Translations under genes and position numbers: made by a program | Notes under the pieces: model-generated | The model's input: only the letters and a program-made list of their open reading frames with translations | The model's database searches: none | What the model was told of the DNA's origin: nothing | Shown here: positions 9,992-19,497 of the stretch, piece by piece | Position numbering within the stretch: the stretch's first letter is position 1 | Layout of the letters: the number at the start of each line of letters is the position of its first letter | Assembly (NCBI GenBank): GCA_027592105.1 | Contig: JAQCLA010000001.1 | Span: 1-56,015, forward strand | DNA: 56,015 bases | From: Pseudomonadota bacterium | GTDB lineage: Bacteria > Pseudomonadota > Alphaproteobacteria > Rhodobacterales > Rhodobacteraceae | Direction: 5' to 3'

Positions 9992-10839
9992 CTTGTCCCC
10001 TCCTCCGCCGCCCAGAGCGGACCGTCAGAGCCCGCCTTGCGCGTCATGGACATCTCAATGTGGTAAAGGTCGGGGCGGTAAAGCGCCCGAATATATTGCA
10101 ACGCGCGATCATCAGCGCTGCGCGCGATGCGGCGCACCTCCAATAAGGGTGCGCCTGCGTTCACCTCGAGTGCCTGCGCGGTATCGGGCGCGGCCAGCGT
10201 CGCCGATACTGTTTGACGCGCCGATGCGACAGGATGGCCCGCTTGCTCCAAAAGCGTCAGCATCGCAGTCGATGCCAGTGCGGTGGCGTCGAATTCGCGG
10301 CCCACATCGGCGGGCAGGAAGCAGACGAGATAAGACATCGGCACACCATCGAGCGTGCGCACACGGACCGAACGCTGCACCTCTGCCCCGTCATCCAACT
10401 CCAATGCGCTGGCGATATCGGGACCGGCATTTAGGTATTCAAACGACAAAAGCCGCACTTCGGTCGTGGCCTGCATCATGCTGATATTCTCAAGCCAGCC
10501 ATCGATCGAGGTACGCACGGCACTGGCGCCGGCACGCTCCAAGACCCTCGTGCCGCGCCCGCGTTCCCGCTTGACCAACCCGGCCTCGGCCAGTTCGTCT
10601 AGTGCCCGCTTCGCTGTAATGCGCGACACGCCATAATCGCGCGATAAATCGAACTCCCCCGGCAAAACGGTCCCTGGCCCAAACTCACCGCTGTCGATCC
10701 GGTTTTGCAACTGCACCAGCAATTGCTGGTAGAGAGGCACCGGCGACGCCGGGTCCAGCCGTGTCGGAGCGCATGGCTCGGCGACAGAGTAGGCCGCAAC
10801 GTTCACGGCTGAGATGCAAGGTTGGTAACGCTCATACAC
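9988..10839 (-). CDS. GntR/HutC-family regulator with UTRA domain
   Basis: PLYQQL...LPGEFDLSRDYGVSRITAKRAL...RGRGT winged HTH plus C-terminal UTRA. True start is probably downstream of 10839. Confidence 0.88.
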   Translation of the reverse strand: MYERYQPCISAVNVAAYSVAEPCAPTRLDPASPVPLYQQLLVQLQNRIDSGEFGPGTVLPGEFDLSRDYGVSRITAKRALDELAEAGLVKRERGRGTRVLERAGASAVRTSIDGWLENISMMQATTEVRLLSFEYLNAGPDIASALELDDGAEVQRSVRVRTLDGVPMSYLVCFLPADVGREFDATALASTAMLTLLEQAGHPVASARQTVSATLAAPDTAQALEVNAGAPLLEVRRIARSADDRALQYIRALYRPDLYHIEMSMTRKAGSDGPLWAAEEGTS

Positions 10840-10840
10840 C

Positions 10841-10856
10841 TAATGATATAACATTA
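10841..10856. promoter_or_regulatory. candidate HutC-type GntR operator
   Basis: AT-rich near-palindrome TAATGATATAACATTA directly upstream of the UTRA regulator and its downstream operon. Confidence 0.55.
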
Positions 10857-10876
10857 AGTCATTAGGGCAAGGCCGA

Positions 10877-11644
10877 TTATGCGTGATCGCTTTTCTCTGC
10901 CGCGTCCAGCATCTCGTGGACCACCGCCCGGCGCGAGGTCAGTGGCGTGGGATATGCCACACGGCTATGGGTCAGCCCCAAGCCCAACACGGTTTCCGCC
11001 AGCTTATAGGTCAGGGGGCCGGGGTTCACGACGGGCACAGGCAGCCGTGCGGCCAGATAGGCATGTGCCTGATGCATTGTGGTTGAACCCAAAAGGATCA
11101 CATCGGCCCCATCCTCTTCGATACAGCGTCGCGCAACCGCTTCGAGGGCGGGGAAGATGTCGCTTTCCTTGCCTGCCATCAAGGCTTGGTTGTCCGGTGT
11201 GGCATCGATCCATCGAATGGAGGCGCAGTGGTGTTGCACGCCAAGTTCAGTCAGTGTCTTGCGATACAGATGTTGCCAATGTGGCCACATCGCGATGATC
11301 GAGAATTTATGGCCCAGCATCATCGCCATCAAAACCGACGCACGACCGGGGCCGATCACCGGGATGGATAATTCAGAACGCAACCCTGCCATGCCGCTAT
11401 CCGACATCGTGTCGATGCAAACGGCATCAAAGCCGCGGGCCTCAGCCTCAAGGCCCGCTTCCAAGGCGCCCAGTTCAGCCAAGACCATATCGGAGGCACT
11501 AACATAATTGCGCGGCGCGACGCGCACGGACTCGAAAACAAACTCGATGTTGGGACCAAGCTCCACCGCGTTGAGCTGTGCGCGCCGTTGGTCGCGGTTC
11601 TCTTCACTCATCGGGAAAGGAACGATTACAAGAACGCGTTTCAT
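10877..11644 (-). CDS. Asp/Glu/hydantoin racemase-family protein lacking the catalytic cysteines
   Basis: Aligns with 15477..16139, but reads IDTMSDSG (vs IACYSDPG) and LLGSTTM (vs VLGCAGL). Confidence 0.82.
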   Translation of the reverse strand: MKRVLVIVPFPMSEENRDQRRAQLNAVELGPNIEFVFESVRVAPRNYVSASDMVLAELGALEAGLEAEARGFDAVCIDTMSDSGMAGLRSELSIPVIGPGRASVLMAMMLGHKFSIIAMWPHWQHLYRKTLTELGVQHHCASIRWIDATPDNQALMAGKESDIFPALEAVARRCIEEDGADVILLGSTTMHQAHAYLAARLPVPVVNPGPLTYKLAETVLGLGLTHSRVAYPTPLTSRRAVVHEMLDAAEKSDHA

Positions 11645-11726
11645 CTCAGGCTCCTATCTGCTTGCAGCTTCGCTCATGGCGGGCCTAAGCTGAGAAGCAA
11701 TCAGGAAAACGCGTGAGGGGCAAGGC

Positions 11727-13097
11727 ATGGACAGTCTCGGTAAAGTGGCGGATTTCGCCGCCAATACGGTGACGGCCACGATATCGGGTGATGTGTTGAG
11801 CCGCACGGCACTGATCCTTGCCGATTGTATCGGAGCAATAGTAGGCGGTGCCGCCGAACCGGATGTCGCTGCCTTGCGCCGTCGGCAGGTCGGCGCCGGG
11901 CCCGCTTTGCTTATTGGCACCGATCAAACCCGCCCTGCAGGCATGGCAGCGCTTTTGAACGGCACGGCAGGCACCACCTTGGAAATGGATGAGGGCAACC
12001 AGTTCTGCAAAGGTCATCCCGGCATGCACACCGTGCCCGCAGCACTTGCCATATCGGCGGGACGCGATGTGTCGGGTGCGGATTTTCTGGCAGCAGTGGC
12101 GACAGGCTATGATGTCGGCGCACGGGTCGGAATCGCCACCCGACTGCGCCCATCCATGCACCCGCATGGGACATGGGGGACCATTTGTGCCGCGACCGCT
12201 GTAGCCCGACTGCAAGGAGCGGATGCCGCGCAGATGCGCCATGCCATCAGCCTGTCTGCGAGCCTTGGTTTATCCACATCGCGGCGCACGATGCTGGAGG
12301 GCGGCACGGTACGCAACGTGTTCGCCGGTGTCTCTGGCCAAATGGGTGTGCTTGCAGGCGATATGATCGCAGCGGGTTATACGGGCGACCATGACGGCGT
12401 GGCGCAGGTGTTCGGGCATGTCGTGTCGGACAGCTTTGACTCCGAGGCATTTGCCGCCGATCTCGGCACCCGCTGGGAGGTCAGCCGTAATTATTTCAAG
12501 ATGCATTCATGTTGCCGCTACAACCATGCGGCCCTTGATGCCTTGGCCATGCTGCGAGCGGCGCATCGCTTCGATACTGATGAGATCGCGGGTGTTGTCG
12601 TCGAAACCTATGCGCTGGCCGTGGAACTCAACGACCCCACGCCCAAGAATGTCTTGGCAGGCAAATTCTCTGTCCCCTTCGCCATCGCAACCGCCTTGGT
12701 CAATGGTACGACGCAGGTGCAAAGCTTTACCATGCCCAATGTCGAAAACCCGGAGATCCTTGCGCTGGCCCAAAAGGTCAGTGTCATCGAAGACCGGGCG
12801 ATGACCGCGATGCTACCGCATAAGCGGCCCGCACGGGTCAGCGTGACACTGTCCGATGGTCGTTGCCTGCAAGCGGCGACCGAGACCAACCGTGGTGATT
12901 GGTCCGATCCTTATCCGGCGACGGAAATCCGCGAAAAATACCTCTCCTTGACGACACGGCTGTGGCGCGAAGAGGCCGCGATCCGCATTTGGGACCATGT
13001 GATGGCGCTGGCGGATGCGCCCAGCCTCGACCCGCTGTTTTCGGAAATGGCGCAAGCGCCGCGCGAACCATCGAAGGATACTCAAAAAGATGCGTGA
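11727..13097 (+). CDS. MmgE/PrpD family protein, copy 1
   Basis: AALLNGTAGTTLEMDEG..GHPG, YFKMHSCCRYNH, AGKFSVPF. Confidence 0.9.
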   Translation: MDSLGKVADFAANTVTATISGDVLSRTALILADCIGAIVGGAAEPDVAALRRRQVGAGPALLIGTDQTRPAGMAALLNGTAGTTLEMDEGNQFCKGHPGMHTVPAALAISAGRDVSGADFLAAVATGYDVGARVGIATRLRPSMHPHGTWGTICAATAVARLQGADAAQMRHAISLSASLGLSTSRRTMLEGGTVRNVFAGVSGQMGVLAGDMIAAGYTGDHDGVAQVFGHVVSDSFDSEAFAADLGTRWEVSRNYFKMHSCCRYNHAALDALAMLRAAHRFDTDEIAGVVVETYALAVELNDPTPKNVLAGKFSVPFAIATALVNGTTQVQSFTMPNVENPEILALAQKVSVIEDRAMTAMLPHKRPARVSVTLSDGRCLQAATETNRGDWSDPYPATEIREKYLSLTTRLWREEAAIRIWDHVMALADAPSLDPLFSEMAQAPREPSKDTQKDA

Positions 13098-14028
13098 AAT
13101 CGTCATCGGGGCCGCACAGATGGGCCCCATCCAACGCGCCGACACCCGCGAAGCTGTGGTGGCACGTATGCTCGCGCTGCTTGATCAGGCAAAGGATGCA
13201 GGCTGTCAGCTCGTCATCTTTCCCGAGTTGTGCCTGACCACCTTTTTCCCGCGATGGTATATTGCCGACCAGGCTGAGGTGGATAGTTGGTTCGAGACCG
13301 AGATGCCCAATGCCGCAACCCAGCCACTCTTCAACCGGGCGCGCGCGCACAGCATCGCGATATCCATCGGCTATGGCGAATTGACGCCAGATGGGCGTCA
13401 TTTCAACACCCAGATCCTGACCGACAGACAGGCAAATATTATCGGCAAATACCGCAAGATCCATTTGCCTGGGCATGATGAATACGACCCTGAACGCAGT
13501 TTTCAGCACCTTGAAAAGCGGTACTTCGCACCCGGAGATTTGGGCTTTCCTGTGTTTCGCAACATGGATGCTTGGATGGGCATGCTCATCTGCAACGACC
13601 GTCGCTGGCCCGAGGCCTATCGCGAGATGGGGCTGCAAGGGGTCGAGTTGATCGTCCTGGGCTACAACACACCCTCGGGCAATTCGCAAAACGCCGATGA
13701 GACACCTGAGATGCGCGACTTCCACTCCGATCTGTCGGTGCAGGCGGGGGCCTACCAAAACTCGGCCTTCGTGGTTGCCGTGGCCAAGGCCGGGAACGAA
13801 GACGGCCACCCCCTGAATGGCGGCAGCGTAATCGTATCGCCCGATGGCGTGATCTTGCAAAAAGCCAAGACGCTGGGTGACGAGCTTTTGGTTCAGGCAT
13901 GCGATATGGATGCCACCGCTTTCGGCAAAGCGTCGGTGTTCGATTTCAAACGCCACCGCAGGATCGAACACTATGGCCGGATCGCCACGCAAACCGGGGT
14001 GATCTATCCCGACGGCAAGGAGGGCTAA
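13090..14028 (+). CDS. N-carbamoyl-D-amino acid amidohydrolase (nitrilase superfamily)
   Basis: Start reassigned to ATG 13090. Glu-Lys-Cys triad in FPELCLTTFFPRW, YRKIHLPGH, ICNDRRWPE; also QHLEKRYF and GYNTP. Confidence 0.92.
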   Translation: MREIVIGAAQMGPIQRADTREAVVARMLALLDQAKDAGCQLVIFPELCLTTFFPRWYIADQAEVDSWFETEMPNAATQPLFNRARAHSIAISIGYGELTPDGRHFNTQILTDRQANIIGKYRKIHLPGHDEYDPERSFQHLEKRYFAPGDLGFPVFRNMDAWMGMLICNDRRWPEAYREMGLQGVELIVLGYNTPSGNSQNADETPEMRDFHSDLSVQAGAYQNSAFVVAVAKAGNEDGHPLNGGSVIVSPDGVILQKAKTLGDELLVQACDMDATAFGKASVFDFKRHRRIEHYGRIATQTGVIYPDGKEG

Positions 14029-14031
14029 AGC

Positions 14032-15480
14032 ATGACACATGATCTGGCCATCCGTGGCGGCACTCTTGCGACCGCGACCGAAACTTTTCGTGCCGATATC
14101 GGCATCCGCGACGGGCGCATCGTCACCATCGCCGAGGCGATCACGGACGCGCAGGATGTGATCGACGCCACCGGCAAGATCGTCATGCCCGGCGGGATCG
14201 AGGCGCATTGCCATATCGCGCAAGAAAGCGGAATGGGCGTGATGACAGCGGATGACTATGAAAGCGGTTCGATCTCGGCGGCTTTCGGTGGCAATTCCTG
14301 CATCGTGCCATTTGCTGCGCAGAAGAAGGGGCAAAGCCTTGCGGATACGCTGGCGACCTATGATGGGCGCGCTGCGCCAAAATCGGTGCTGGATTGGTCC
14401 TATCACCTCATCTTGACAGACCCGACCGCCGCTGCATTGGCGGAACTGCCCGATGTTTTCGCCCGTGGCGTAACCTCGTTCAAGGTGTTCATGACCTATG
14501 CGACACGGGTCTCGGACACGCAGTTTCTCGATATCTTGTCAGTGGCGGGCCAACACGGGGCCTTGACCATGGTGCATGCCGAAAATCATGACATGCTGGA
14601 ATGGATGGCAAGCCGGATGGTTGCAGGCGGCAATACCGCGCCGCGTTACCACGCCCCGTCGCGCCCCGGCTTGGCCGAGGAAGAGGCGATCAACCGTGCC
14701 ATAGCGCTGGCACGGCTGGCGCAGGCACCGATTTTCATCGTCCATGTCTCGACGCCCGGCGGGGCCGAGTTGGTGGCCCGCGCCCGTGCGGCAGGTGGTC
14801 AAGTCTGGGCAGAAACCTGTCCGCAATACCTGTTCTTGACCCGCGATGATCTGGATAAGCCGGGCATGGAGGGGGCCAAGTTCATCTGCTCACCTCCGCT
14901 ACGCGACACCGCCACACAAGCGGCGCTCTGGCAACATGTTCAGGCAGGGACGCTTTCGCTGGTCTCGTCCGATCATGCGCCATATCGCTATGATGACACA
15001 GGTAAATTTCAAGCGGGTCGGGATGTAACCTTCCGCCAAATCGCCAATGGCATGCCGGGCATCGAGATGCGACTGCCGCTGATGTTCTCCGAAGGGGTAA
15101 TGAAAGGGCGGATTAGCATCAATCAATTCGTGGCGCTGTCTTCGACCAATGCGGCGCGCATTTATGGCATGTTGCCCCGCAAAGGCACATTGGCCATCGG
15201 GGCAGATGCCGATATCGCGATTTGGGATCCGACACAGACGCGTGTCGCGGGCGCGATGCATGACGCGATGGACTATAACCCCTTTGCCGGCATGACGGTG
15301 ATCGGATGGCCCGTGACGGTGCTGGGGCGCGGGCAGCGGATCGTCGACAATGGCGCGCTGTGTGTCAAACCTGGTACGGGGCGCTTCGTCAAGCGTGCGC
15401 CGATCGATTTGACCGGGCGGGCAGGTCAGCCCGTGGCCGAACTCGATCCGGCCAACAACTTCGGAGCGACTTTGTCATGA
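14032..15480 (+). CDS. hydA: dihydropyrimidinase / D-hydantoinase (cyclic imidase)
   Basis: PGGIEAHCH, SFKVFMTY, VHAEN, VHVS, ETCPQY, CSPPLR, SSDHAP. Confidence 0.88.
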   Translation: MTHDLAIRGGTLATATETFRADIGIRDGRIVTIAEAITDAQDVIDATGKIVMPGGIEAHCHIAQESGMGVMTADDYESGSISAAFGGNSCIVPFAAQKKGQSLADTLATYDGRAAPKSVLDWSYHLILTDPTAAALAELPDVFARGVTSFKVFMTYATRVSDTQFLDILSVAGQHGALTMVHAENHDMLEWMASRMVAGGNTAPRYHAPSRPGLAEEEAINRAIALARLAQAPIFIVHVSTPGGAELVARARAAGGQVWAETCPQYLFLTRDDLDKPGMEGAKFICSPPLRDTATQAALWQHVQAGTLSLVSSDHAPYRYDDTGKFQAGRDVTFRQIANGMPGIEMRLPLMFSEGVMKGRISINQFVALSSTNAARIYGMLPRKGTLAIGADADIAIWDPTQTRVAGAMHDAMDYNPFAGMTVIGWPVTVLGRGQRIVDNGALCVKPGTGRFVKRAPIDLTGRAGQPVAELDPANNFGATLS

Positions 15481-16139
15481 GCGGTCCCATTTTGGTCATC
15501 AATCCAAACGCTAACCCGGCGGTCACGGCAGGGCTTGATGCCGCGATGGCCCCGTTTCGGCTATCGGGCGGCCCCGAGATTGCATGCGTGACGGTGCCCG
15601 ATGGTCCGTTTGGCATCGAAAGCCAAGCCGATAGCGACGCGGCTGTCGCGCCGATGCTGGATATGATCCGCGCACGCCCCGATGCGGCGGCGATCATCAT
15701 CGCCTGCTATTCGGATCCGGGCATTGATGCCGCGCGCGAGGTCGCGAAAGTCCCTGTCTTCGGGATGCAAGAAAGCGGTTTTCTGACCGCCATGTCGCGG
15801 GGTGACCGTATCGGCGTGGTCGCCATCTCCGAGGGTTCAATCCTGCGGCACCGCAAATACCTGCGCCGCATGGGGGTATTGGAGCGCATGGTCGCAGAAC
15901 GCCCCTTGAACATGTCGGTGGCCGAAACCGCCTCGGGGGATGGAACATTCGCTCGGCTGCGCGTGGTCTCGGAAATACTCGTCCATCAGGATCATGCCGA
16001 TGTCATCGTTCTGGGCTGTGCCGGCCTTTCGGCGCATCGGGCCAGCTTGGAAAAAGCCATCGGCAGGCCGGTTGTCGATCCGACACAGGCGGCCGTTGCC
16101 ATGGCCTTGGGCGCGTTGCTGGTTCAGTCGAAGCGATAG
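15477..16139 (+). CDS. hydantoin/allantoin racemase-family protein
   Basis: Start reassigned to ATG 15477 (ATGA overlap). INPN, IACYSDPG and VLGCAG, with both catalytic Cys present. Confidence 0.88.
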   Translation: MSGPILVINPNANPAVTAGLDAAMAPFRLSGGPEIACVTVPDGPFGIESQADSDAAVAPMLDMIRARPDAAAIIIACYSDPGIDAAREVAKVPVFGMQESGFLTAMSRGDRIGVVAISEGSILRHRKYLRRMGVLERMVAERPLNMSVAETASGDGTFARLRVVSEILVHQDHADVIVLGCAGLSAHRASLEKAIGRPVVDPTQAAVAMALGALLVQSKR

Positions 16140-17005
16140 CGCGCCTCGGCCGCATCATAGCTTTCTTTGTCGACCAAGCGTTGGCGCTCTTCGAAATCGG
16201 CTAGCCGGTTGATCACAGCACTGACATCACCTTGGACCTTCAAGACACCCAAGACCTCAGACATGGCGCGCATCGCTGCTTGCAGGGCAGTGTTGGCATA
16301 AAGCACCATAGCAAAGCCCATCGCTTGCAGCTCTGCCTGTGCGATCAGGGGTGTCTTGCCACCAACGACCATATTGGCCACCTGTGGCACCGAGAGACGC
16401 TGGGCGATGATCCGCATTTCATCGACCGAAATGGGCGCCTCGACAAAGGTCATGTCGGCACCCGCTTCGATAAAGGCTTCTGCGCGATCTAGCGCTGCCT
16501 CCAGCCCATGTATCGCGCGGGCATCCGTGCGGGCGATCAACAAGGTATTGGGGTCTTCGCGTGCATCCACGGCAGCCTTGATCTTCGAGACAGCCTCATC
16601 AAGACCAATCACCGCCTTGCCCGCGAAATGCCCGCATTTCTTGGGAAACACCTGATCTTCCATTTGCATCGCGGCCGCCCCGGCGCGCTCAATCACGCGC
16701 ACGGTACGTTGCGTGTTGATGGCATTGCCAAAGCCCGTATCGATATCGACCACCAAAGGCAGATCCGTAATCTCAGAAATCGCCGAGACAGTGCTTGCAA
16801 GTTCTGTCAGGGTCACAAGCCCGATATCGGGCGCACCCAGATAAGTATTGGAGATGCCAGCGCCGGTCACATAGACCGCGTCAAAGCCCTGATCGGCGAT
16901 CACGCGCGCCGTCAAAGCGTTCCCCGCACCGGGCAGGATCAATGCCTCGCGGCGTTCCATACATGCGCGAAACACACGGCGGCGCTCGGCAAGACTGCTT
17001 GTCAT
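16124..17005 (-). CDS. isocitrate lyase/PEP mutase family lyase, copy 2
   Basis: DIDTGFGN, EDQVFPKKCGH, ARTDA, NMVVGGKTP. Confidence 0.88.
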   Translation of the reverse strand: MTSSLAERRRVFRACMERREALILPGAGNALTARVIADQGFDAVYVTGAGISNTYLGAPDIGLVTLTELASTVSAISEITDLPLVVDIDTGFGNAINTQRTVRVIERAGAAAMQMEDQVFPKKCGHFAGKAVIGLDEAVSKIKAAVDAREDPNTLLIARTDARAIHGLEAALDRAEAFIEAGADMTFVEAPISVDEMRIIAQRLSVPQVANMVVGGKTPLIAQAELQAMGFAMVLYANTALQAAMRAMSEVLGVLKVQGDVSAVINRLADFEERQRLVDKESYDAAEARYRFD

Positions 17006-17694
17006 TCGCTAAATTCCTCGTCTTTCATCCAGCGCTCGACAGCCGAGCGACTAGAGCGCAAATGCGCCCGCATTGCTGCCTCTGCTGCATCAGGGTCGCG
17101 TGCGCGGAGCGCGTCTAAGATATTTTTATGTTCTTTTAGGGCTTCTGCAGCGCGACCAGGGCGCATCGACAGGTGGTGGCGGTAAAGGCGCAAAAGCGAG
17201 TAAAGCTCGTCCCCTAGCATACCGGTCAAGCGTGCATTGCCACAAGCGCGCAAAATAGCCTGATGAAAATCACCGTCGCCCGGGGCTTGGAAATAACCGC
17301 GCCCTTGGCGCATGGCGTCAGAGTTTTCATGCGCGCTTAACATCGCCGCAAGGTGGTCCAGATCGGCATCGGTCATCTTCGTGGCCGCTAATCGGCAGGC
17401 CATCCCTTCGAGGCTTTCGCGCACTTCCAACAAGTCAAGGAGGTCTTTCTTGCTAAGCGCCACAACCCGCGCGCCATGGTTCGACACGCGCGTAACCAGC
17501 TTGCGACCTTCGAGTTGGCCGATCGCCTCGCGCAGGGGGCCACGCGAAATACCAAAGCGGCGCGCCAATTCGCTTTCGCTCAGCCGCTCGCCGGGGCCAA
17601 GTTCGCCTTCCATGATGGCTTTTTCCAGCCGTTCCAACGCGAGGCTGGACAGGTTTTGTGCCACAAGGCGTTCTGATACATTTCCCACGCTCAC
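17002..17694 (-). CDS. GntR/FadR (FCD) regulator resembling the methylcitrate-operon regulator PrpR
   Basis: ELARRFGISRGPLREAI..LEG, RESLEGMACRLAA, GYFQAPGDGDFH, ELYSLLRLYR; directly upstream of a PrpB-like lyase. Confidence 0.85.
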   Translation of the reverse strand: MSVGNVSERLVAQNLSSLALERLEKAIMEGELGPGERLSESELARRFGISRGPLREAIGQLEGRKLVTRVSNHGARVVALSKKDLLDLLEVRESLEGMACRLAATKMTDADLDHLAAMLSAHENSDAMRQGRGYFQAPGDGDFHQAILRACGNARLTGMLGDELYSLLRLYRHHLSMRPGRAAEALKEHKNILDALRARDPDAAEAAMRAHLRSSRSAVERWMKDEEFSE

Positions 17695-18596
17695 CCAGCA
17701 CCCTCCGTTACATTAGATCCTCTAAAATGCGCCGCGATGTCCCCGACCCGGGTTATCCAAAGTCCCTTGATTTGCGAAACAAGCGCCAAGCCCTCGTCAA
17801 GATAGCGGATACGATGCGGCATCCCGAAAAGCCAAGGGTGAAGACCCACAACCGCACAACGCCCAGCCTCCCCTGCCAGTACTGAAATAGCCTCGGCCAG
17901 CATGGCGGGCCATCGCGGCGTGGGCACACGGCGGTGCCAAAGCGCTTCGACATCATCGAGTTCGGACAGCTGCGGCACAGACACCAAGGGCGGTTGTGTC
18001 TGCATCCAATAGGGCTGGTCGTCATTGGGCCAATGCGCGACCCAATCCAAACCTGCTTCGGCCAATAGATCCAGCGTGCGCGTGCTTTCGCTGAAGTCTT
18101 GCGCGATCCATCCGTTGGGTCGGGTGCCGGTGGCGGCTTGTAGGCGATCAAGGCAATGCGCGATCAGCGCGCGCTCATCGGCCTCGGGCATCGCCGAGGT
18201 AACCATGGCATCGGCCACCGCACCATGCGCGGCCACCTCCCAATTGCGGCGCAGCGCCTCTTCGATCAGGTTTGGATAATGGTCCAGGGCGGCAGCATTC
18301 ACCGCCAGCGTCGCGGTCATGCCATGCCGATCCAGTGCCTCGAACAGGCGGAAAATCCCGATTCTGTTGCCGTATTCGCGCCAAGTATGGGTTCGGTAAT
18401 CAGGTTGGAACTTGCCATAGGGATCACGAAAGCGCGGATCAGCATAGCCGTCGGGAGACAGGTTGATGGGCCAATGCTCAAGATAGACCACCGGCGCCAA
18501 AGCCACACGCGCCCCATCCGGCCATTGCAAAGCCGGTCGATTATGCGCGGCGCGATAGGGGTAAAGCGCGTGATCCATCCCGGCGGCGATGCTCAT
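17691..18596 (-). CDS. polysaccharide deacetylase-fold (PuuE-like) hydrolase, 'B' type
   Basis: WPDGARVAL, REYGNRIGIFR, WPNDDQPY, LHPWLFGMPHRI. Start reassigned to 18596 (ATGA overlap). Confidence 0.85.
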   Translation of the reverse strand: MSIAAGMDHALYPYRAAHNRPALQWPDGARVALAPVVYLEHWPINLSPDGYADPRFRDPYGKFQPDYRTHTWREYGNRIGIFRLFEALDRHGMTATLAVNAAALDHYPNLIEEALRRNWEVAAHGAVADAMVTSAMPEADERALIAHCLDRLQAATGTRPNGWIAQDFSESTRTLDLLAEAGLDWVAHWPNDDQPYWMQTQPPLVSVPQLSELDDVEALWHRRVPTPRWPAMLAEAISVLAGEAGRCAVVGLHPWLFGMPHRIRYLDEGLALVSQIKGLWITRVGDIAAHFRGSNVTEGAG

Positions 18597-19471
18597 GCGG
18601 CCTGCCTCCATGCATCAGACAGGTACCAATCGGCAATCTCAGCACCGGTCGCCAACCAGACGCCGGTGTGACCCGACACATAACGCAATGCGCGCTCCAA
18701 CGCCCGGATGCGATGGGGCTGCCCCATGATGTAGGGATGCAGCGCAATACATACGACACGGCCCTGTTCGGCCCCTTCGCGCCAAAGCGTATCGAAATGA
18801 TCGATGACCATTTGCGCGAAATCATCGGCCTCGAAGTGGTGCCGCCAGATCATCGCGTCGTTGATATCCATCTGGTAAGGTAGCGTGATCAAACTGCCTT
18901 GCCGGACCTGCATCCGCGTTGGCTGATCATCGTGATACCAATCGCAATAATAACTGATCCCGGCTTCAGCTACGAGATCGGGGGTATTGTCAGTCCATGT
19001 GGCGGCAGGCGAGAACCAGCCACGCAAGGGTTGCCCGGTCAGATTACGGTAGATCTCAACACATTCATGGATCGCGTCACGCTCGGCATGTTCGGACATG
19101 TCCCAGTGGTAGCGCGTATTGTAAAGCCCATGCGCCATGACATCCCAGCCATGCGCTTGCGCGGCCTCGAAAATCTCGGGGTAGTGCAACCAATTCGCCA
19201 TGTTGAGCGACAAGGTTAAAGGGATGCCCAAGGCATCGGTCACTTCAGCCATGCGCCACAGCCCGACCCGGTTGCCAAAATCGCGCAGGCCATAGCCCAA
19301 GACGTCGGGATGAGGGGTGCGCGGCCATGCGTTGCGCCCACCCGTCAAGGGGGGCAGATACTCGTAATGCTCGACATTGGGCACCACCCAGACCGCTACG
19401 CGCGCTCCACCCGGCCATGTCAGGCGCGGCCGGTCCGTGATGGGTTGATAAGCGACGCGGGGCGTGATCAT
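18593..19471 (-). CDS. polysaccharide deacetylase-fold (PuuE-like) hydrolase, 'A' type
   Basis: WPGGARVAVWVVPNVEHYE, RDFGNRVGLWR, HGLYNT, GWFSPA, LHPYIMGQPHRI. Confidence 0.88.
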   Translation of the reverse strand: MITPRVAYQPITDRPRLTWPGGARVAVWVVPNVEHYEYLPPLTGGRNAWPRTPHPDVLGYGLRDFGNRVGLWRMAEVTDALGIPLTLSLNMANWLHYPEIFEAAQAHGWDVMAHGLYNTRYHWDMSEHAERDAIHECVEIYRNLTGQPLRGWFSPAATWTDNTPDLVAEAGISYYCDWYHDDQPTRMQVRQGSLITLPYQMDINDAMIWRHHFEADDFAQMVIDHFDTLWREGAEQGRVVCIALHPYIMGQPHRIRALERALRYVSGHTGVWLATGAEIADWYLSDAWRQAA

Positions 19472-19497
19472 CGTGCGGGTCTCGGTACAGGAGAAAG

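Noticed and set aside
12838-14406. 522-aa minus-strand ORF
   Set aside because: Antisense shadow of the carbamoylase and hydantoinase genes; no motifs, and expected in high-GC DNA.
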